Below the pieces are notes generated by a model that saw only the letters and a program-made list of their open reading frames with translations, ran no database searches and was not told the DNA's origin. DNA of 34,987 nucleotides from a virus (Duplodnaviria; Caudoviricetes), in the IMG/VR virus record IMGVR_UViG_3300044580_000187, positions 1 through 34,987 of that record; one strand, 5' to 3'. Shown here one piece after another: positions 34,400 to 34,987 of the stretch. A program made the translations under genes and the position numbers. The number at the start of each line of letters is the position of its first letter. Position 1 is the first letter of the stretch.

Positions 34400-34987
34400 T
34401 TAATCAGGTTTATAGTGTTGCCAGTCTGTAATAACCTCAATTATTTCGGCATATTGGCAACGGAGTTTGCCGTCACAATCGCTTGACACGGCGATGTTAT
34501 CTAATTTAGTCTGGGGGTTGATAATTGGTATTTTGGCCTTAAGTATAACAAACCCATCAGTCTCAGAACCCAAACCAAAATTAACTGCCCAGTCAAAATG
34601 GGAGAAATGCAGACCTTGCGCGCAACTCCCAGCTGAAGCAGGTGCGAGTGTTGGATTAGTTACAACGCCATTTTTAGGATAATTAAACTGGGATGAGTGA
34701 AATGATTGTAGCGTTGGCTTGACAGCTTTATATAAATAGACATATTTTTTTGTCGCTTTTACTGGATATCTCTGGATATAATCCTCCAGAGATGTGACAG
34801 CGGGAATGATTAATAATGTGCAATTTTTTGATTTTGAGGCTTTGGCATTATCAGATAACGTAATTGCGACATACCCTTTAGCTGTGACCTGTGAGCTGCC
34901 GCAGGCTCTGACCTGTGAGCTGTCGCAGGCTGTGACCTGTGAGCTGTCGCAGGCTCTGACCTGTGAGCTGCCGCAGGCTCTGACCTG
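34400..34987 (-). CDS. C-terminal part of the junction-spanning octapeptide-repeat protein
   Basis: Open from 34987: QVRACGSSQV...VYLYKAVK...SCAQGLHFSHFDWA...DCDGKLRC...KPD*; resembles DUF7666-like phage domains. Confidence 0.85.
   Translation of the reverse strand, partial: QVRACGSSQVRACDSSQVTACDSSQVRACGSSQVTAKGYVAITLSDNAKASKSKNCTLLIIPAVTSLEDYIQRYPVKATKKYVYLYKAVKPTLQSFHSSQFNYPKNGVVTNPTLAPASAGSCAQGLHFSHFDWAVNFGLGSETDGFVILKAKIPIINPQTKLDNIAVSSDCDGKLRCQYAEIIEVITDWQHYKPD
34885..34987. repeat. 24-bp coding tandem repeat, 4 units + 7 nt (right end)
   Basis: Same unit as bases 1-96; the last 7 nt (tgacctg) equal the first 7 nt. Confidence 0.97.

Noticed and set aside
1-34987. Alternative genetic code / stop-codon reassignment
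   Set aside because: Core genes are full length under the standard code, and TAA, TAG and TGA are all used as stops

Overview
The window appears to be an essentially complete ~35 kb temperate siphovirus genome in its excised/circular form. Both ends lie in the same 24-bp coding tandem repeat and join in frame into one gene. An intact attP (3' half of tRNA-Ile GAU, 4601-4651) sits in front of a tyrosine integrase. Almost all lytic genes are on the minus strand, in this order: cro-like early operon (ERF recombinase, SSB, repeat protein); MCM-like AAA+ ATPase; a DNA-modification cluster (C5-MTase relic, Mom/GNAT-like gene, N4/N6 MTase); replication initiator with an internal origin; VRR-NUC; minimal PolX; late regulator; PBSX-type terminase; head and tail genes; a lysis-position cassette; and an accessory operon. 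The plus strand carries a cI/LexA-type repressor, a lipoprotein, the integrase and two membrane morons. The most notable observations are: (1) no muralytic endolysin, with a Cys-His-Asp papain/transglutaminase-like protein between two holin-like genes instead, which fits a peptidoglycan-less, protein-walled host (Dehalococcoidia is my inference, not verified); (2) a Mom-like gene bracketed by exact 17-bp direct repeats, plus two MTase relics; (3) an MCM-like ATPase where DnaB/DnaC is absent; (4) a small DUF2292-like gene followed by a terminator/antiterminator switch upstream of the late regulator; (5) duplicated tail-tube genes. All family calls come from motif recognition by eye; no searches were run.
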